Assembly (NCBI GenBank): GCA_036312985.1
Contig: JAXJMV010000030.1
Span: 15,456-79,455 of the forward strand
Reading direction: 5' to 3'
Length of the DNA: 64,000 nt
From: Collinsella sp.
GTDB lineage: Bacteria > Actinomycetota > Coriobacteriia > Coriobacteriales > Coriobacteriaceae
A program made the position numbers and the translations under genes. Below, one piece after another: positions 27,296 through 37,604 of this stretch; within the stretch, counting starts at the first letter, position 1, and each line of letters begins with the position of its first letter. The notes under the pieces were generated by a model that was not told the DNA's origin, did not search any database, and saw only the letters and a list, made by a program, of their open reading frames with translations.

Positions 27296-28138
27296 ATGGC
27301 AATTAAAGCCATCGCAATGGATATCGACGGTACGCTCACCAACGACCAAAAGGTCATTAGCCCGCGTACGCGCGAGAAGCTGCTCGCGGCGCAGGAGTCG
27401 GGCATTAAGCTCATCTTGGCTTCGGGTCGTCCCGCATGGGGGCTGCACGCCTTGGCGCAGGAGCTCGACCTTCAAAACCATGACGGTCTGCTAGTCGCTT
27501 TCAATGGCGCGCATGTTGTCGACGCTCAGACCGATGAGGTCCTTTTTGACCAGGCCATGCCAGCTGACGAACTGCACCGTCTGATTGATCACCTGCAAAA
27601 CTATGATGTGATCCCCATGATCTCGCTCGGGCGCGACCTGCATGTAGAGGACTCGTATCGCTGCATGATTACACTGCCGGACGGCTCGCAGAAGAATATC
27701 GTCAAATACGAGCGCGATGCCTGCGACCTTAAGATCCGCGAGGTCGAGAGCTTGCATGAGGTCGTGGACACTTATCCCGTAGACAAGCTGCTGACGGCAG
27801 GCGATCCGGCCTACCTGCAGGCGCATTACGAGGAGATGTACGCGCCCTTTACCCAGACGCTTTCGGGTATGTTTACGGCCGACTGGTACTTTGAGTACAC
27901 GGCGCCCGGTATTGACAAGGCCCGCGCGCTCGAGGGTGCCCTGCCCAAGCTCGGCATCGATGCCAGCGAGGTCGTCTCGTTTGGCGACGGCCAGAATGAC
28001 AAGTCTATGATTGAGTGGGCCGGAACCGGTGTTGCCATGGGCAACGCCATCGATGAGGTCAAGGCTGTGGCCCAGATGGTGACCGCCAATAATAACGAAG
28101 ACGGCATTGCGGTGGCGCTGGATAAGCTGCTGGGTTAG
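27296..28138 (+). CDS. Cof-type HAD-IIB hydrolase
   Basis: MDIDGTL, ASGRP, IDKARAL, FGDGQND. Confidence 0.93.
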   Translation: MAIKAIAMDIDGTLTNDQKVISPRTREKLLAAQESGIKLILASGRPAWGLHALAQELDLQNHDGLLVAFNGAHVVDAQTDEVLFDQAMPADELHRLIDHLQNYDVIPMISLGRDLHVEDSYRCMITLPDGSQKNIVKYERDACDLKIREVESLHEVVDTYPVDKLLTAGDPAYLQAHYEEMYAPFTQTLSGMFTADWYFEYTAPGIDKARALEGALPKLGIDASEVVSFGDGQNDKSMIEWAGTGVAMGNAIDEVKAVAQMVTANNNEDGIAVALDKLLG

Positions 28139-28201
28139 AATCGCCGATAGTGCATGGCTCGGGCGTCCGCTTGCGGGCGCCCTTTTGTTAGGGAGGGTGC
28201 C

Positions 28202-28861
28202 GTGTCCGCATTTCCGTTCGACGCCGTTATCTTTGACATGGACGGCGTCATTGTCGATACCGAGTATTACTACCTGGGCGAGACTGCCGCGTTTGCCAAG
28301 GAGCTTGGGCTTAATCTGACTCAAGAGGAGTTGAACGGGCAGGTCGGTACCTCGCATCAGTTCTTCCTGCATATGCTGGTCGATTGGTTTGAGCGTGCCG
28401 GTAAGGGGCATTTCACTGGCGAGGAAGCGTTGGCCCGTTGGGACGAATGGGCTCATAAGCGTCCGCGCGACTATCAGGCTTTGATTAACCCAGGCGCCGT
28501 GGATACGATTCGAGAGCTGCCGCGCCGCGGCGTTCGCGTGGCGCTTGCCAGCTCGTCTCCCATGGTTAGCATCGAGGAAGTGCTCAATGCGTGCGGGCTG
28601 TCGGATGCCTTTGAGTATGTGGTGAGCGGCGAGCAGTTTAAGGAGAGCAAGCCCGAGCCCGACATCTACCTGCATGCGCTGGACCTGCTGGGACTGCCCG
28701 CGAATCGCTGCTGCTGCGTTGAGGATTCCGTTCCGGGCATTACCGCGGGTAAGCGAGCCGGCCTGACGGTTATTGCCAAGCGCGAGGAGCGCTTTGGCTT
28801 TAGCCAGGATGCCGCGGACAAGATTATCGACCAGCTGCCGGAGCTGCTCACGCTTTCTTAG
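28202..28861 (+). CDS. HAD-IA family phosphatase (beta-PGM-like)
   Basis: FDMDGVIVDTE, ALASSS, SKPEPDIY, VEDS. Confidence 0.92.
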   Translation: MSAFPFDAVIFDMDGVIVDTEYYYLGETAAFAKELGLNLTQEELNGQVGTSHQFFLHMLVDWFERAGKGHFTGEEALARWDEWAHKRPRDYQALINPGAVDTIRELPRRGVRVALASSSPMVSIEEVLNACGLSDAFEYVVSGEQFKESKPEPDIYLHALDLLGLPANRCCCVEDSVPGITAGKRAGLTVIAKREERFGFSQDAADKIIDQLPELLTLS

Positions 28862-28945
28862 GAGCGCGGTAGTTGCGCGTTTTTCGGGTCTGATGAGTAA
28901 ATAGCCAACATTTTGGTGCGACACCTAGCATACTTTAAGCTAATG

Positions 28946-28984
28946 CGGGCTTAAGGGCTTGTTGAATGCCCTTAAGCCCGTTTT
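28946..28984 (+). terminator. Intrinsic terminator
   Basis: Perfect 13-bp stem CGGGCTTAAGGGC/GCCCTTAAGCCCG followed by TTTT. Confidence 0.7.
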
Positions 28985-29011
28985 AGAATTAATTGTGCTG
29001 GGAGAGGGTAT

Positions 29012-29755
29012 ATGCCACCGACTGAAGGGCCAACTGACGGTAAAGCAGCGATACCGCTGTACCAACAGGTTATTGATATCATCAAAAACGAAATCAACTC
29101 CGGCGCCTACAAGGCGGGCGCGCGGATACCCAACGAATTCGAATTGGCTGAGAGCTATAAAGTTGGCCGCGTTACCGTGCGACGCGCTATTGAGGAACTC
29201 GTCCAGCAGGGCTATCTAACGAAGCGGCAGGGGAAAGGCACGTTTGTCAATGCCCTCAAGCTTAAGCGCAAGATTCGCCAGAAGGATGACGTCCAGAGTT
29301 TTTCGGACGCATGTCGCGTTAACGGAATGGAACCGGGGGCGTGTGTCATTTCGAGAAAGATACTGCCGGCGGATTCCACCGAAGCACAGTTCTTTGGTGT
29401 TCCCGTTGGAACTGACTTGATTTGCGTTGAGCGCGTGCGCACTGCCGATGGCGTCCCTGTCATGCTCGAGAACAACATATATGTTTACGAGGACAACGCC
29501 TATCTATCAACGGCACCTCTATCTAACCAATCCATTTTTGAGTTCGTGCGCAACCGGACGGGCCGCACGCCCGCGTTTACCGACCCGTGCACGCTCGAGA
29601 TCGCGTGCGCGTCTCCCGAGGTCGCTCGACTGTTGGCAGTTCCCGTTGGCGAGCCCTTGTTTTATATGGAAGCCTTCTTTTTCGATGAGCAGCGGCGGCC
29701 GTTTATCATCGGTCGTCAGCGGATCGTTGGGTCTCGCTACGTTTTTGACATCTAG
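29012..29755 (+). CDS. frlR: GntR/HutC-family regulator with UTRA domain (FrlR-like)
   Basis: IPNEFELAESYKVGRVTVRRAI..RQGKGTFV; upstream of the frl genes. Confidence 0.8.
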   Translation: MPPTEGPTDGKAAIPLYQQVIDIIKNEINSGAYKAGARIPNEFELAESYKVGRVTVRRAIEELVQQGYLTKRQGKGTFVNALKLKRKIRQKDDVQSFSDACRVNGMEPGACVISRKILPADSTEAQFFGVPVGTDLICVERVRTADGVPVMLENNIYVYEDNAYLSTAPLSNQSIFEFVRNRTGRTPAFTDPCTLEIACASPEVARLLAVPVGEPLFYMEAFFFDEQRRPFIIGRQRIVGSRYVFDI

Positions 29756-29891
29756 GACATTGCGAATGGAAGCGCCCGGTGGATCATCTCACCGGGCGTT
29801 TCCATACCGTTCACGGCGCAAACGCAACCGTTCAACCGCGTTGCGGCAATCAGTTTGAAATTATCTTGATGAAGGAAAAAGCTGCTGGTAA

Positions 29892-29931
29892 TCTATGGAA
29901 CGTCATAGAACGTTTGCATTGTGCAAACGTT
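29892..29931. promoter_or_regulatory. Candidate operator(s) upstream of the frl operon
   Basis: TCTATG-N6-CATAGA (29892-29909) adjoining AACGTTTGCA-TTG-TGCAAACGTT (29909-29931). Confidence 0.5.
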
Positions 29932-29973
29932 GAAGCGAGATGCGATGCAGTCTCGAGTTCTTTGGAGGTATCT

Positions 29974-31437
29974 ATGTCAGATACGAAGGCGAAGAAGACA
30001 AACAGACGTTTTAAGTTCAAATTACCGCATGTCTATACGATCATGTTCTTGCTGATCGTTGTCTTTGCGGTCCTGACTTGGATCGTTCCCTCTGGTCAGT
30101 ATCAGCGCAAGACGATTTCGACAGCGGCGGGCGAGCGTGAAGTCGCCGTTGCTGGAACCTATGAACAGGTCGATAAGAACTACACCGATTCCGAGACCGG
30201 CGAGACCATCAATCTGGGCCAGGATATCTTCGCGGTTCTGCAAGCGCCCACCAAGGGTATCCAAGAGGCTGCCGACGTCGTTGCGTTCGTCTTATTGATT
30301 GGCGGATCGTTCGCGATCATCACCAAGACCAACGCTTTGAATGCCGGCATGAGCCGTGTGATTAAAAAGCTCAAGAACAAGGACATCCTCATCATTCCCA
30401 TCACGATGACATTGCTGTCCATTTGCGGCACTACGTTTGGTATGTCTGAGGAAGCCCTGCCGTTCTATGCCATCTTCATTCCCATCATGATGGGTATCGG
30501 TTATGACTCGATGACGGCATTCATCATCTGCTTCCTTGGTCCTAACCTGGGATATTGTGCTTCGACCATCGACCCGTTTAATGTTTTGATCGCCCAAGGC
30601 ATCATTGGCATCGAGGGTAATCCGCAACTGTGGCTGCGCGCCGTTTCTTGGGTTATCTTCACTGCCGTCGGTATCGCATGGGCCATGCGCTACGCCATGC
30701 GCGTCAAGAAAAACCCCGAGTCGTCCATTGTGTACGAGGACGATAAGCTCAAGCGTATTGAGTTTTCCGTGACCGATGCCTCCATCGAGGAAGAGTTCAC
30801 TATCCGTCAGAAGCTCGTGCTCATCGATTTTGCTTGCGGTATGGGCATTATCGTCTGGGGTCTTGTTACCCAGGGCTGGTACATGAATGAGATTTCCGCC
30901 GTGTTCCTTGGCATGGGCTTGCTTGCCGGTATCCTGGGCGGTCTTGACCAGCAGACAATCGCAGAGGAGTTCGTTAAGGGTCTCGCCGACTTTGCGTACG
31001 CTGCCATCGTTATCGGTATCGCTCGCGGTATTCTGGTCATCGCCGAGGGCGGCATGATCATCGACACCATCCTCCAAGCGCTCGCTACCGCGCTCGCCGG
31101 CGCACCCGCCGCCGTCTACACCACGTTTATGTATATCGTCCTTGGCCTGCTCTCTTTGCTGGTTCCCTCGAGTTCTGGCCTGGCGGCGCTCACCATGCCC
31201 GTTATGGGCCCCCTGACCGAGCTCATGGGCCTCAATCCCGAGGCAGCCGTCACCGCGCTCCAGTTTGCCAACCAGACCATCAACACCATCAGCCCCGTGG
31301 CGGGCATGACGGTCGCCGGTCTTGCCGTGGCTAGGATTTCGTTTGGCCAATGGTGGAAGACCATTTGGAAGTTCTTCATTTTCATGGTCGTCTTTGGCGT
31401 GATTGTAACGGCAATCTCTGGCATGCTTCCGGTGTAG
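29974..31437 (+). CDS. YfcC/DcuC-family transporter (basic amino acid antiporter-like)
   Basis: LPHVYTI, TWIVPSGQY, GTTFGMSEE, VPSSSGLAALTMP; many TM helices. Confidence 0.88.
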   Translation: MSDTKAKKTNRRFKFKLPHVYTIMFLLIVVFAVLTWIVPSGQYQRKTISTAAGEREVAVAGTYEQVDKNYTDSETGETINLGQDIFAVLQAPTKGIQEAADVVAFVLLIGGSFAIITKTNALNAGMSRVIKKLKNKDILIIPITMTLLSICGTTFGMSEEALPFYAIFIPIMMGIGYDSMTAFIICFLGPNLGYCASTIDPFNVLIAQGIIGIEGNPQLWLRAVSWVIFTAVGIAWAMRYAMRVKKNPESSIVYEDDKLKRIEFSVTDASIEEEFTIRQKLVLIDFACGMGIIVWGLVTQGWYMNEISAVFLGMGLLAGILGGLDQQTIAEEFVKGLADFAYAAIVIGIARGILVIAEGGMIIDTILQALATALAGAPAAVYTTFMYIVLGLLSLLVPSSSGLAALTMPVMGPLTELMGLNPEAAVTALQFANQTINTISPVAGMTVAGLAVARISFGQWWKTIWKFFIFMVVFGVIVTAISGMLPV

Positions 31438-31446
31438 GTGGTTGTG

Positions 31447-33030
31447 ATGTCTGATCGTTTGACGGTCCTGACGTCTAAGAGCGTCTTTACCGGTACGGGG
31501 GACCTGCCGTTTGAAGGTTTCGTAGCGGTCCGTGGCAATCGAATTGAGGCTGTTGGCACCAAGTGTGAGGTAGCTTCGTATTTGACCCAGGCGGACGAGG
31601 TAGTTGACCTGGGCGACCGCACCGTCATGCCTGGCCTGATCGATGTACATACCTTCTATACAGGCTGGGCGCTGCGGACGTTGGGGTCTGATCTGTCCGG
31701 CATCGCTGATGCCAAAGAGGCCGTGTCGCTCTTGCGTACATGGAAAGAAGATCATCCGGATTGCGCGGCGGCTTTTGGCCACAACCTACCCGAAACGTTG
31801 GCATCGGATGCCGAGAACGCAAATACGGCAGCTGTGTTTGACGATTGTTTTGGCGATATCCCCGTCGTCTGCTTTACATCGGGTGCGGAGACCTGCGTTC
31901 TCAATGCTGCCGCCAGTGCGCGATACGGCTTTACACCCCAGGCGTGCTATGCCGAGAAGATCTGGCGCATGATGAGCGATTTCCTCGCGCTGCCCGAGGT
32001 GCGTGCCGGGTATTCGGACTACATGAGCATGCTTAACGAACGCGGCGTTACCGCCATCAAGGAGATGGCGTTTGATGACTACTACGGCTTTGCCGACGAA
32101 ATGGCTCGCCGTGAGGAATCTGGTGAGCTGACGGTTCGCGTCTCTATGATGTCGCAGCCGGTGGGTGCCGGTGCAAATCTGGCATATGCCCGCGAGGCAC
32201 GAGAGCGCTTCCGGGGACCGTTCGTTCGTTTTTCTGGCTTCAACCGTATGACCGATCGCGGCGTATGGGCGGGGCTTGCCGAGATGATTGACCCCTATGC
32301 GGACTCGGCCGATGCGGGCGCTGCCGGCAAGACGGTCGTCGAGGAGCCAGAGTGGGATCTGATTGAGAACGAGCTGCGTGCAATTGATGCTGACGGCTTC
32401 CGATATTCCTTGCATTGCCAGGGCGATGGCGCCGTTCGCCGCACCGTGGCGCTCTATGCCTCGCTGCCTCGAGACGAGCATGGACGGATGCTTCGCCGCC
32501 ATGCGATTACCGATCTCGAGAACTCTGACCCGACCGATCTTGTCGAGTTTGGCAAGTTAGGTGGAATTTGCGAGGTCTATCCGCAGATTCTGACGCTGGA
32601 CCGGCGCGAGGATTGCCTGTCGATGATGCGTCGACAAATTGGCGAGACGCGACTTTTGCACAGCTGGAATCGCCGCGGCATGGAAGATTCCGGATGCACA
32701 GTGTGCTGCGGCACGGATCTGCCGCTGCTGATTCCGAGCCTGGGCGAGTCAATCTACAGCGCGTGCGGCGGATTCTTCGCCGACGGACTGCCCGTGAATG
32801 AGGTCAACACGCTGACGCTTGTCGAGCTCTTGCGCGCTTGGACTGCCGGGGGCGCGTACGACCTGATGCGCGAAGACGAGCTGGGTACGCTTGAGGTTGG
32901 CAAGCTTGCCGATATCTGCGTGCTCGATCGGGATGTGTTCGACCTCGATTATCGCGACGCACGTGATCTTGCGGTTGACATGACGATGTCGGACGGACAA
33001 ATCGTGTTCGATCGAAATAAGGAGGCATAA
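31447..33030 (+). CDS. Amidohydrolase family 3 (YtcJ-like)
   Basis: VMPGLIDVH, LHCQGDGA, CGTD, GTLEVGKLADICVLD. Confidence 0.85.
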   Translation: MSDRLTVLTSKSVFTGTGDLPFEGFVAVRGNRIEAVGTKCEVASYLTQADEVVDLGDRTVMPGLIDVHTFYTGWALRTLGSDLSGIADAKEAVSLLRTWKEDHPDCAAAFGHNLPETLASDAENANTAAVFDDCFGDIPVVCFTSGAETCVLNAAASARYGFTPQACYAEKIWRMMSDFLALPEVRAGYSDYMSMLNERGVTAIKEMAFDDYYGFADEMARREESGELTVRVSMMSQPVGAGANLAYAREARERFRGPFVRFSGFNRMTDRGVWAGLAEMIDPYADSADAGAAGKTVVEEPEWDLIENELRAIDADGFRYSLHCQGDGAVRRTVALYASLPRDEHGRMLRRHAITDLENSDPTDLVEFGKLGGICEVYPQILTLDRREDCLSMMRRQIGETRLLHSWNRRGMEDSGCTVCCGTDLPLLIPSLGESIYSACGGFFADGLPVNEVNTLTLVELLRAWTAGGAYDLMREDELGTLEVGKLADICVLDRDVFDLDYRDARDLAVDMTMSDGQIVFDRNKEA

Positions 33031-33031
33031 G

Positions 33032-33883
33032 ATGCCTGAATCCAAACCGACGCTGCGCCGCGAGCAGATTGCGGGCATGAATATCCACTACATCATGTGG
33101 TCGCTCGATTACTTCCTTGATGTGCAGCAGCGTTTGGGCTTTGAGTCCATTGAGCTGTGGTGTGCGGAGCCGCATGTGACGCTCGACCACACGGGCTACT
33201 TTGAAGCTGAGGTCCTGGCGAAAAAGGCTGCAGACCGTGGGCTTAGGTATCGTACTCTGTGTCCCGAGAATGTTGTCTATCCTTGGCAGTACTGCGCACG
33301 CAAACCGCTGCATGAACAGCGCAGCTTGGCGTACTTTAAGCACGGCATTGAGCTTGCCGAGGTACTTGGGTGCGACCGTATGTCCATCAACTCGGGCTGG
33401 GGCGACTGGGACGAGGACCGCGAGGAAGCCTGGAAGCGCAGCCGCGAGCACTTGTCCATTCTGGCGGAGTATGCCGGCGAGCACGGTCTGGTGCTTACGA
33501 TGGAAAGCCTGCGTCCCGAGGAGAGCAACCTTGTGACGACGGTTTCCGATGCGAAGCGCATGATTGACGAGGTCGCGAGCCCGTACTTACAGCCCATGGT
33601 TGATACAACCGCGATGGGCGTTGCAGGCGAGACGCTCGAGGACTGGTTTGCCGCCTTTGGTGATGGGGCAATTCACGAGATGCACTTTATCGACGGTGAC
33701 CCGTATGGCCATCTGGTGTGGGGCGATGGCAAGCACGATATGGACGCCTTCGTCGCCACGCTCAACGCCCATGGTTTCGACGGCATGCTGGGCCAGGAAA
33801 TCACGGACGGTCGTTACTACGATGACCCGGCGGCCGCAGATGCCAAGAACATGGCCGCATTCGAGAAATATCTGATTGACTAA
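33032..33883 (+). CDS. frlC: Fructoselysine 3-epimerase-like TIM-barrel protein
   Basis: IELWCAEPH, MESLRPEESN, DTTAM, HFIDG..GHLVWGDG; frl context. Confidence 0.75.
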   Translation: MPESKPTLRREQIAGMNIHYIMWSLDYFLDVQQRLGFESIELWCAEPHVTLDHTGYFEAEVLAKKAADRGLRYRTLCPENVVYPWQYCARKPLHEQRSLAYFKHGIELAEVLGCDRMSINSGWGDWDEDREEAWKRSREHLSILAEYAGEHGLVLTMESLRPEESNLVTTVSDAKRMIDEVASPYLQPMVDTTAMGVAGETLEDWFAAFGDGAIHEMHFIDGDPYGHLVWGDGKHDMDAFVATLNAHGFDGMLGQEITDGRYYDDPAAADAKNMAAFEKYLID

Positions 33884-33945
33884 AACAACCATCGGCCACG
33901 CAACCAACGTCATTGATTGCGGGCCAAACAAGAAAGGAACTGGAT

Positions 33946-34914
33946 ATGAACGCACACGATCTGATTAAAGAGGCAATTGCCGAGAAGGGCAAGTTCGACA
34001 GCGTCTACTGGATTGCTTGCGGTGGCTCCATGATCGATTTGATCCCGGCTCATGAGCTTCTGCAGCGCGAGGCTACCACCTTCACTTCGTATATCTATAC
34101 CGCGCGTGAATTCGACATTATGCGTCCACGTCGTCTGGGCGAGAAGTCCCTGGTCATCGCTTGCAGCCACAGCGGCAATACCCCCGAGGTCGTCGAGGGC
34201 TGCGAGATTGCCCTTGCTGCTGGCGCTACGGTGATCGCCCAGACCGACAACGCTGGATCCAAGATTGACTCCGGCAAGTGGACCACGTGGGTCTACCCGT
34301 GGGGAGAGGGCGTGCCGCAGGCCGAGGTCCCCGCTGGCATTTCGCTGTCGCTTGCGGCCGAGCTGCTCGATCAGCAGGAGGGCTACGCCGATCTTGCCGA
34401 TATGTATGCCGGTATCGCCGAGATGGATAAGATTCTTCCCCCGGCACGTGAGAAGGTAAATGCCGAGCTGGGCGATCGTTTTGCCAAGCTTTGCCAGGAG
34501 CACGAGTTCTTCTATATTCTGGGCAGTGGTCCCAACTTTAGCCAGACCTACGGTTTCGCTATCTGCTCTCTTATGGAGATGCAGTGGCAGCACTGCAGCT
34601 ACATCCACTCTGCCGAGTACTTCCACGGCCCCTTCGAGGCTACTCAGGATGGCGTATTTTACTTCCTGCAGATGGGCTCCAGCGAGTGCCGTGCTATGGA
34701 CGAGCGCGCCCTGGCGTTCCTTAAGACGCATACCGATACGCTGATGGTGCTCGATGCCAAGGAGTACGGTATGGAAGCCGTGCCGACGAGCGTCCGTGCC
34801 TATCTGGACCCGGTGCTGTTCTACGCCATGAACTGCGAGCTGCGTGCTGCACGCGGCAAGGTGTTTGATCACGATCCCGATTTCCGTCGCTATATGGGCG
34901 TCGTCGAGTACTAG
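33946..34914 (+). CDS. frlB: Fructoselysine-6-phosphate deglycase (SIS domain)
   Basis: ACGGS, SHSGNTPE, ICSLMEMQW, HSAEYFHGPFE, RRYMGVVEY. Confidence 0.92.
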   Translation: MNAHDLIKEAIAEKGKFDSVYWIACGGSMIDLIPAHELLQREATTFTSYIYTAREFDIMRPRRLGEKSLVIACSHSGNTPEVVEGCEIALAAGATVIAQTDNAGSKIDSGKWTTWVYPWGEGVPQAEVPAGISLSLAAELLDQQEGYADLADMYAGIAEMDKILPPAREKVNAELGDRFAKLCQEHEFFYILGSGPNFSQTYGFAICSLMEMQWQHCSYIHSAEYFHGPFEATQDGVFYFLQMGSSECRAMDERALAFLKTHTDTLMVLDAKEYGMEAVPTSVRAYLDPVLFYAMNCELRAARGKVFDHDPDFRRYMGVVEY

Positions 34915-34928
34915 AAGGGACAAAGGCC

Positions 34929-35792
34929 ATGGCATTTAACGTTAACGCGCTCGGATTTGGCGACAACGTCGTCGATCGCTACGAGCATATCCACACCATG
35001 TATCCTGGCGGTAACGCGGTTAACTTTGCCGTTTATGCCAAGAAATGCGGTGCCGCACGCTCTGCATACATGGGCATTTTTGGCAATGACGCCGCTGCCG
35101 AGCATGTCATTGCAAGCCTCGAGGATGAGGGTATCGAGCTTGACAAGTGCGAGCAGATGATTGGCGAGAACGGAGCGGCTCGCGTGACCGTCGTTGACGG
35201 TGACCGTGTCTTCCTCGGCTCCAATGAGGGCGGTATCCGTGGCGATGCGCGCTATGTCCTCGATCGCTTTGACCTTTCGTACATGAAGCAGTTCGATGTG
35301 GTTCATTCGGGCAACTATTGCTTTACCGAGCGCGAGCTGCCCAAGCTGAAGGCTGCGGGCGTCACGGTCTCTTTTGACTTTTCGGACGACTCCACCGACG
35401 AGTACTACGAGCAGATTGCGCCCTACGTCGATTTTGCTTTCTTTAGTGCGGCGGATGCCGCGAGTGAGGACGAGATTCGCGAGCGTCTGGCATGGGTGAA
35501 GGGCCTGGGTCCGCGTTTTGTGTCAGCTACGGCGGGCGCCGAGGGCTGCATTGCTTACGACGGCGAGCGTTATTACCGCCAGCTGGCTAAACCGGTAACG
35601 GACATGAAGGACACCATGGGGGCGGGCGACTCGTTCCTCACCTCGTTTTTGATGTGCTATCTCGATTCCGCCAAGCGTGGCGAGGACGGCGCCGAGGCCA
35701 TCGAGCGCGCGCTCGACTTTGCTGCCGGGTTTGCCTCGACCGTGTGCGGCATGGAAGGTTCTTGGGGCCACGGAGCACCAATCGTCGAATAG
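34929..35792 (+). CDS. frlD: Fructoselysine 6-kinase (PfkB family), copy 1
   Basis: GDNVVDRY..MYPGGNAVN, DGDRVF, SFDFSD, DTMGAGDSF. Confidence 0.85.
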   Translation: MAFNVNALGFGDNVVDRYEHIHTMYPGGNAVNFAVYAKKCGAARSAYMGIFGNDAAAEHVIASLEDEGIELDKCEQMIGENGAARVTVVDGDRVFLGSNEGGIRGDARYVLDRFDLSYMKQFDVVHSGNYCFTERELPKLKAAGVTVSFDFSDDSTDEYYEQIAPYVDFAFFSAADAASEDEIRERLAWVKGLGPRFVSATAGAEGCIAYDGERYYRQLAKPVTDMKDTMGAGDSFLTSFLMCYLDSAKRGEDGAEAIERALDFAAGFASTVCGMEGSWGHGAPIVE

Positions 35793-35862
35793 TTTAAGAA
35801 AGCGTGCGGCGGTCTGGCTATGAGACTCTGGACGGCCGATGCAAAACAATAAGCGAAACGCG

Positions 35863-35896
35863 AAAAGGGGGCTCGCCATGTGGTGGGTCCCCTTTT
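35863..35896 (+). terminator. Intra-operon terminator-like hairpin
   Basis: AAAAGGGGGCTCGCCA/TGGTGGGTCCCCTTTT. Confidence 0.6.
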
Positions 35897-35913
35897 GTAC
35901 ATTGGAGAAGACC

Positions 35914-36714
35914 ATGGGTATTAAAGCGTGTGCGGCTGGATTTTGCTGCGCGGACGTCTATCAAAACATCGGCGTGTTCTATCCGACTGGCAATGGCATT
36001 GACTGGGGTATCCATCTTGCACGAATGGGCGTTTCGGTATCTGCCGTGTCGGTTGTCGGCAAGGACGAGTACGGAGACAAGATGAGAGAGGCGCTGGCCG
36101 CCGAGGGGCTCGATATCTCACATCTGCGGGTGGAGGATGGCGACACCTCGGTGATGCTCATGGCATTGAAAGACGGCGTCGATCGCGTACATCTCGAGGC
36201 GATCGATGGCGTAATGGAGACATATCGTCCGAATGAAGACGACCATGCGTTTATCCTAGAGCACGACATCATTCATACCGACCTGTTTGGCAATTGTTTG
36301 GACCTCCTGCCCGAATGGCATGATGCGGGCAAGACGGTGGTTATGGACTTCTCGGTGTTCAGCCAGGATCCCGAATATGCCTGCGAGAATCATTTTCCCT
36401 ACGTTGACTACGCATTTATGTCGTTTGAAGAGGACACTCCGGAGCTGCGAGACTGGGTACGCCACGTGCAGGAATTGGGACCGCGCGTTGCGGTTGCCAC
36501 GCTTGGCGAGAAGGGAAGCATTGCCTATGACGGTGAGCGCTTCTATGAGTGCGGGATCGTACCGGCGGAGAAGGTCGTTAACACCGTGGGTGCCGGCGAC
36601 TCGTATATTGCCGGGTTTACCAAGGGCGTGATCGATGGCCTTGATATTCCGGCGTGTATGAAGGCGGGCGCTGAACTGTCGTCCCGAGTGATTGGTTCGT
36701 TTGAGCCGTACTAG
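35914..36714 (+). CDS. PfkB kinase, FrlD-like copy 2
   Basis: GFCCADVY..YPTGNG, DGVDRV, NTVGAGDSY. Confidence 0.82.
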   Translation: MGIKACAAGFCCADVYQNIGVFYPTGNGIDWGIHLARMGVSVSAVSVVGKDEYGDKMREALAAEGLDISHLRVEDGDTSVMLMALKDGVDRVHLEAIDGVMETYRPNEDDHAFILEHDIIHTDLFGNCLDLLPEWHDAGKTVVMDFSVFSQDPEYACENHFPYVDYAFMSFEEDTPELRDWVRHVQELGPRVAVATLGEKGSIAYDGERFYECGIVPAEKVVNTVGAGDSYIAGFTKGVIDGLDIPACMKAGAELSSRVIGSFEPY

Positions 36715-36741
36715 GGCCAAATGCCTGGAAAGGAGTACGAA

Positions 36742-37602
36742 ATGGTTATCGACATGTTGGTTCAGCCCATGCTCTACAGCGAGATCTGTACGCCGGGTGA
36801 TGAGCCTGATGGATTCGGTTTTTGGTCACGAGAATTTGGTATGGGGCATATGGGCCCCATGGATTGGGATGAGCTTCAAGTCGAGATGGACGTCTGCGAC
36901 GTGCGGAAGAGCGTGCTCATGCCGCTCGATGTAACCACGGCATGCGGAGGACACTTTGGCACCAATGACCAGATTGCCATGCTGGTTGCCGCGCACCCCG
37001 ATCGTCTGTGGGGATTTGCGAGCGTAGATCCGCAGGTGAGCGGTGCCGCAGACGAATTGGAGCGCGCCTTTACCGAGTTGGGGGCAAAGGGGCTTTGCCT
37101 GCATCCGGCAAAGCAGGGTTTTGCCCCCGATGATGCTGTGGCCGAGCCGCTTTACGAGCTGTGCGAGCGCTATAACAAGCCGGTGGTTTTCCATGCCGGT
37201 ATGTCTTGGGAGCCGGGCGCAGAGCTCTCGCGCAGTAACCCGCTTGCATTTGAGCACACAATCGCAATGTATCCAAATGTGCGCTTTAGTTTGACCCACT
37301 TTGGCTGGCCCTGGGTGCGCGAGACCGTGGCGATGCTGCTCAAGTATCCCAACTGCTACACGGACACCTCTATCACTTACATCGATTCGTCCGAGGAGAT
37401 GATGCAGCGCCTTTTCACGGTCGATATGGGGCCGCTGTGGTATGAGCGCGCGCTATCGCATCAAGTGATGTTCGCCAGCAATACGCCGCGTTTCCGTGCA
37501 TTCAAACTCAAGCGGGCGCTCGATACCGTGCTCATGCGCGATGATGCGCGAGAAAGGCTCTACTGGGGTAATGCCCTGCGTTTTCTTGAAGGGGATGAGT
37601 AA
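36742..37602 (+). CDS. Amidohydrolase family 2 protein (degenerate metal motif)
   Basis: GFASVDP, GLCLHP..QGF, FHAG, HFGWPW, YTDTS, NALRFL. Confidence 0.82.
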   Translation: MVIDMLVQPMLYSEICTPGDEPDGFGFWSREFGMGHMGPMDWDELQVEMDVCDVRKSVLMPLDVTTACGGHFGTNDQIAMLVAAHPDRLWGFASVDPQVSGAADELERAFTELGAKGLCLHPAKQGFAPDDAVAEPLYELCERYNKPVVFHAGMSWEPGAELSRSNPLAFEHTIAMYPNVRFSLTHFGWPWVRETVAMLLKYPNCYTDTSITYIDSSEEMMQRLFTVDMGPLWYERALSHQVMFASNTPRFRAFKLKRALDTVLMRDDARERLYWGNALRFLEGDE

Positions 37603-37604
37603 AC

